Assembly (NCBI GenBank): GCA_016699205.1
Contig: CP064964.1
Span: forward strand, 90,001-122,000
From: Candidatus Saccharimonadota bacterium
GTDB taxonomy: Bacteria > Patescibacteriota > Patescibacteriia > 2-12-FULL-60-25
Direction: 5' to 3'
DNA length: 32,000 nt
Positions 29,118-32,000 of the stretch are shown here, in pieces; within the stretch, counting starts at the first letter, position 1, and every line of letters starts with the position of its first letter. The notes under the pieces were generated by a model that did not search any database, had not been told where the DNA came from, and was given only the letters and a program-made list of their open reading frames with translations. The position numbers were made by a program, and so were the translations under genes.

Positions 29118-31213
29118 ATGCTCTATGCTCTATGCCATATGCTGCGCTGGGAGGAACCCGTCTCATTCGTTAAAGGAGCGACAGCCCCGGTGCGTAAAGC
29201 CTGGGAGAGCTTAGGTATCCGGACGATCGGGGATCTCTTGCTGACACTTCCACGCCGATACGATGACTTCTCCCAAATCGCTAAGATTGCTAATGCGCAG
29301 AATGGCGATTTCGTGACGCTCGAGGGAACCGTTGTTAAATGCATCAAGCTCAATACCTTTCGTAAGCGTTTTGCCGTTTTCAGACTGATGTTTGAGGACG
29401 AGACCGGAAAGTTGAATGCGAACTTTTTTAATCAGCCTTGGGTTTTGGAAGAATTCAAACCAGGTCGAAAAATCTTTTTGTCTGGAAAGATTCAAATTAA
29501 AGCACCTTACGGAAAAACACTCGTAAGCAAGATTTGGGAACCAGCAGAAGCCCGAACATTAGCTGCAGGAAAGGTCGCGCCGGTTTATGGTTTGGCTGGA
29601 ACATTGATACAGAAAACGTATCGACGTTTGATGCAGTATGTTTTAGAGAATGTCGAGTGGCCGGAAGACGCTGTTGATAAGGCTGAACTTGATCGATTAA
29701 AACTTTTGTCACTGCAAGAGGCTGTTCGAGCTGTCCATGAACCAAATTCTAGTGAGCATGCCGAGCAGGGACGGCGCCGATTGGCTTTTGATGAAGTTCT
29801 TGGCTATCAACTTGCGCTTGGCGCTGAAAGAAAGCGCGCGACAAAAGCAGGTGCGCCCGCGATTACCTTTGATCAAATTTTTGCCAAGAAATTTGTGGAG
29901 GGTTTGCCGTATCCATTGACCGGAGACCAGAAGAAATCGGTGTGGGCGGCTTTGCAGGATATGGAGCGCGATCAGCCGATGCGTCGGCTCATCCAAGGCG
30001 ATGTTGGTTCAGGAAAAACGGTTGTCGCGGCTTTTTGGCTGCGCATGTGCATCGACAGGGACATTCAGCTGTCTTGCTCGCACCAACAGATATTTTGGCG
30101 AGACAGCACGCGCTTACATTCCAGCGCCTGTTTGCAACGCATAATATTCCATTTGCGTTGGTGACGAGAACGGAAAAGAGACTCTATCAAGGCAGAAATG
30201 AGGAACCGATGAAGGTAGGGCAGATTGAATCGCTGGCGGAGCAGGGGAATATCGTGATGGTCGGCACACATGCCTTGCTTGAGAATGGGCGTTTGCCTAA
30301 GGATTTGGCTCTGGCGATTGTGGATGAACAGCATCGATTTGGCGTAGGGCAGCGTGAAGCGTTATTACTCGGTTCGCGAGATGACGGGCATGTTCCGCAT
30401 CTCTTATCGATGACAGCGACGCCGATTCCTCGGACATTGGCGCTGACTCTGTACGGGGATTTGGATATTTCACTCATCGTCGAAAAGCCAGCCGGACGTT
30501 TGCCGATTACGACGAAAGTTTGTCATGGAGAGCAACGCGAGAAGGCGTATCAGGCGATTCGTGATGCGATCGGACGTAAAGAGAAAGCGTATATTGTTTG
30601 TCCGCTGATTGATCCTTCGGATGCGCTTGGAGTTACATCGGTGACGGAGGCGTTGAAGAACTTATCGAAGGGACCGCTTGAAGGGATCAAGCTTGGTTTG
30701 CTGCATGGTCGATTGAAACCAAAAGAAAAAGAAGAAACGATGGAGGCGTTTAAAAATGGCGATGTCGATGTTTTGATCGCGACAAGCGTGATTGAAGTCG
30801 GCGTGGACGTTCCGCAGGCGACAGTGATCGCTATTGAAGGCGCTGAGCGATTTGGATTGGCACAGCTTCATCAATTACGCGGACGTGTCGGAAGATCAAG
30901 CCTGCCGAGCTCCTGTTACTTGCTGACGGATACCGAAGGGCCTGGATTGGAGCGCTTGATGACGATGGAACGCGTACAGGATGGCTTCCGATTAGCAGAA
31001 GAGGATTTGAAGCTGCGTGGAAGCGGACAATTGCTCGGAACGCAGCAGAGCGGCCATGAGGCGCTTACCATCGCCAGAATTACGGATGGTGAAATTATTT
31101 CCCAAGCGAGAGATGAAGCTCGGAAAATTCTTGATACGGATCCAGATTTATCAAAACATCCGCTTTGGAAACGTGCCGTCGAGGGGATGCGGGACTCGGC
31201 TCACTTGGAATAG
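29118..31213 (+). CDS. recG: ATP-dependent DNA helicase RecG; frameshift at T5 run 30032-30036 as assembled
   Basis: ORF 29118..30164 ends in Walker A (GDVGSGKTVVAAF). ORF 29942..31213 continues in another frame with LAAHVHRQGHSAVLLAPTDILARQH, DEQHRFGV, SMTATPIPRT and QLHQLRGRVGR. One extra T joins them as GKTVVAAFLAAHV. The likely start is ATG 29139 (MLRWEEPVSFVKG) or 29118. Confidence 0.9.
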
Positions 31214-32000
31214 AGCGCAATCGCATCTTTCAGATGCTTGCATTCAGCCGGAGTAATGAAACGTGTGAAGCCGAGGCGTTTTGCTTCTTTGAGGCGCATA
31301 TCCATGCGGGCTACAGGTCGGATTTCACCGGTTAAACCCACTTCTCCCCAAACAGCGAGATCGTCCGGAAGAGGTTTATCGAGTTTGGCCGAAGCAGCGG
31401 CCAGACAAATAGCGAGGTCAACCGCGGTTTCTTTTGCCTCGATACCGCCAACAGCATTAGCAAAGACATCTTGATCGCCAAAACCTACGCCTGCACGACG
31501 GCCCATGACGGCGAGGAGCAAACTAAGTCGATTGAGATCGATACCGGAGGCGCGGCGAAGGGGAGTGCCGTAGCCGGCTGGGGTTACGAGAGCCTGTAAT
31601 TCGACGAGAATCGGGCGCTGGCCTTCGAGAAGGCACGTGACGACGGTTCCTGGGGCTTGTTTTGGGCGGTCAGCGAGGAGGGCGGCGCTTGGATCCTCGA
31701 CAACGGAGAGGCCGGACTCGTTCATCGTTAGGAGGGCGGAGGCGTCCGTGGTGCCAAAGCGGTGTTTGGTGACACGCATCAAGCGAAACGCGTGGCTGCG
31801 GTCGCCTTCCATCATGATGACGGTGTCGACGAGGTGCTCGAGTAGACGCGGTCCGGCGAGATCGCCTTCTTTGTTTACTTGTCCAACGAGAATGACTGGC
31901 ACTCCGGATTTTTTAGCCGTTTCTGCAATCCAACCTGCGCTCGCGCGGACTTGGGACATGTTTCCTGGTTCACCTGGAACTTCTGGAGCACGCATCGACT
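31201..32000 (-). CDS. radA: DNA repair protein RadA/Sms, C-terminal two-thirds (5' end outside window)
   Basis: It has the KNRFG-type motif (VTKHRFGTT) and a Lon-protease-like C-terminal domain (GGIEAKETAVDLAICLAAASA...GEVGLTGEIRPV). The frame is open to the window edge. It overlaps the recG 3' end by 13 nt, convergently. Confidence 0.92.
   Translation of the reverse strand, partial: SMRAPEVPGEPGNMSQVRASAGWIAETAKKSGVPVILVGQVNKEGDLAGPRLLEHLVDTVIMMEGDRSHAFRLMRVTKHRFGTTDASALLTMNESGLSVVEDPSAALLADRPKQAPGTVVTCLLEGQRPILVELQALVTPAGYGTPLRRASGIDLNRLSLLLAVMGRRAGVGFGDQDVFANAVGGIEAKETAVDLAICLAAASAKLDKPLPDDLAVWGEVGLTGEIRPVARMDMRLKEAKRLGFTRFITPAECKHLKDAIALYSK

Noticed and set aside
31201-31213. The 13-nt convergent overlap of the recG and radA 3' ends as a regulatory feature.
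   Set aside because: There is no hairpin or repeat at the overlap, and short convergent overlaps are common in compact genomes.
1-32000. CRISPR arrays, transposases, integrases, toxin-antitoxin pairs or recognisable defence systems.
   Set aside because: I looked for regularly spaced direct repeats and for recombinase or nuclease motifs in all listed ORFs and found none. The XRE regulator at 27692-27913 has no adjacent toxin-like partner.

Overview
This is a gene-dense 32-kb bacterial chromosome segment with about 35 protein genes and 3 canonical CCA-encoding tRNAs. I saw no rRNA, CRISPR array, transposase or integrase. Left third: parA (partial)-parB, an RSH (p)ppGpp enzyme, an acidic coiled-coil protein, topA, a four-helix-bundle ORF cassette, dprA, an aberrant tRNA-like element, pth, der and an LCP-family cell-wall enzyme. 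Centre (12.2-21.1 kb): a compact same-strand type IV secretion-like operon. It encodes a signal-peptide VirB6/TrbL-like polytopic protein with a long tail, a 523-aa unknown, a PrgI/VirB3-like protein, a 234-aa unknown, a VirB4 ATPase and a bitopic 207-aa protein, and it runs by overlapping ORFs into comF. Right third: a visibly AT-richer islet of small accessory genes (SRPBCC remnant, VOC, DUF1801, AAC(3)-I-like GNAT), two tRNA-Ser, an 877-aa wall-binding repeat protein, an XRE regulator, bcp, tRNA-Arg(GCG), recG and radA (partial). Gene content and style suggest a reduced-genome, Gram-positive-type / Patescibacteria-like organism; this is inference only. Most interesting observations: (1) the relaxase-less, VirD4-less T4SS-like operon fused to comF among DNA-processing genes, a candidate ComB-like DNA-uptake or host-contact machine with several unknown components; (2) a 31-nt direct-repeat promoter module shared by that operon and a small membrane-protein gene divergent from recG; (3) an AT-rich four-helix-bundle ORF bracketed by 25-bp inverted repeats inside the dprA-topA junction, with a third copy of the repeat motif inside a T4SS-cluster ORF; (4) a tRNA-like element with aberrant D and anticodon regions and a crossing 22-bp inverted repeat; (5) two palindromic REP-like units with compensatory stem changes inside the operon; (6) widespread -10 boxes 7-12 nt from start codons, implying leaderless mRNAs. 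Several genes (rel, der, SRPBCC, recG) are broken at short homopolymers, and der also carries an in-frame amber codon. This pattern looks like assembly or base-calling error rather than biology. All coordinates and counts were made by hand from the sequence; no searches were run.
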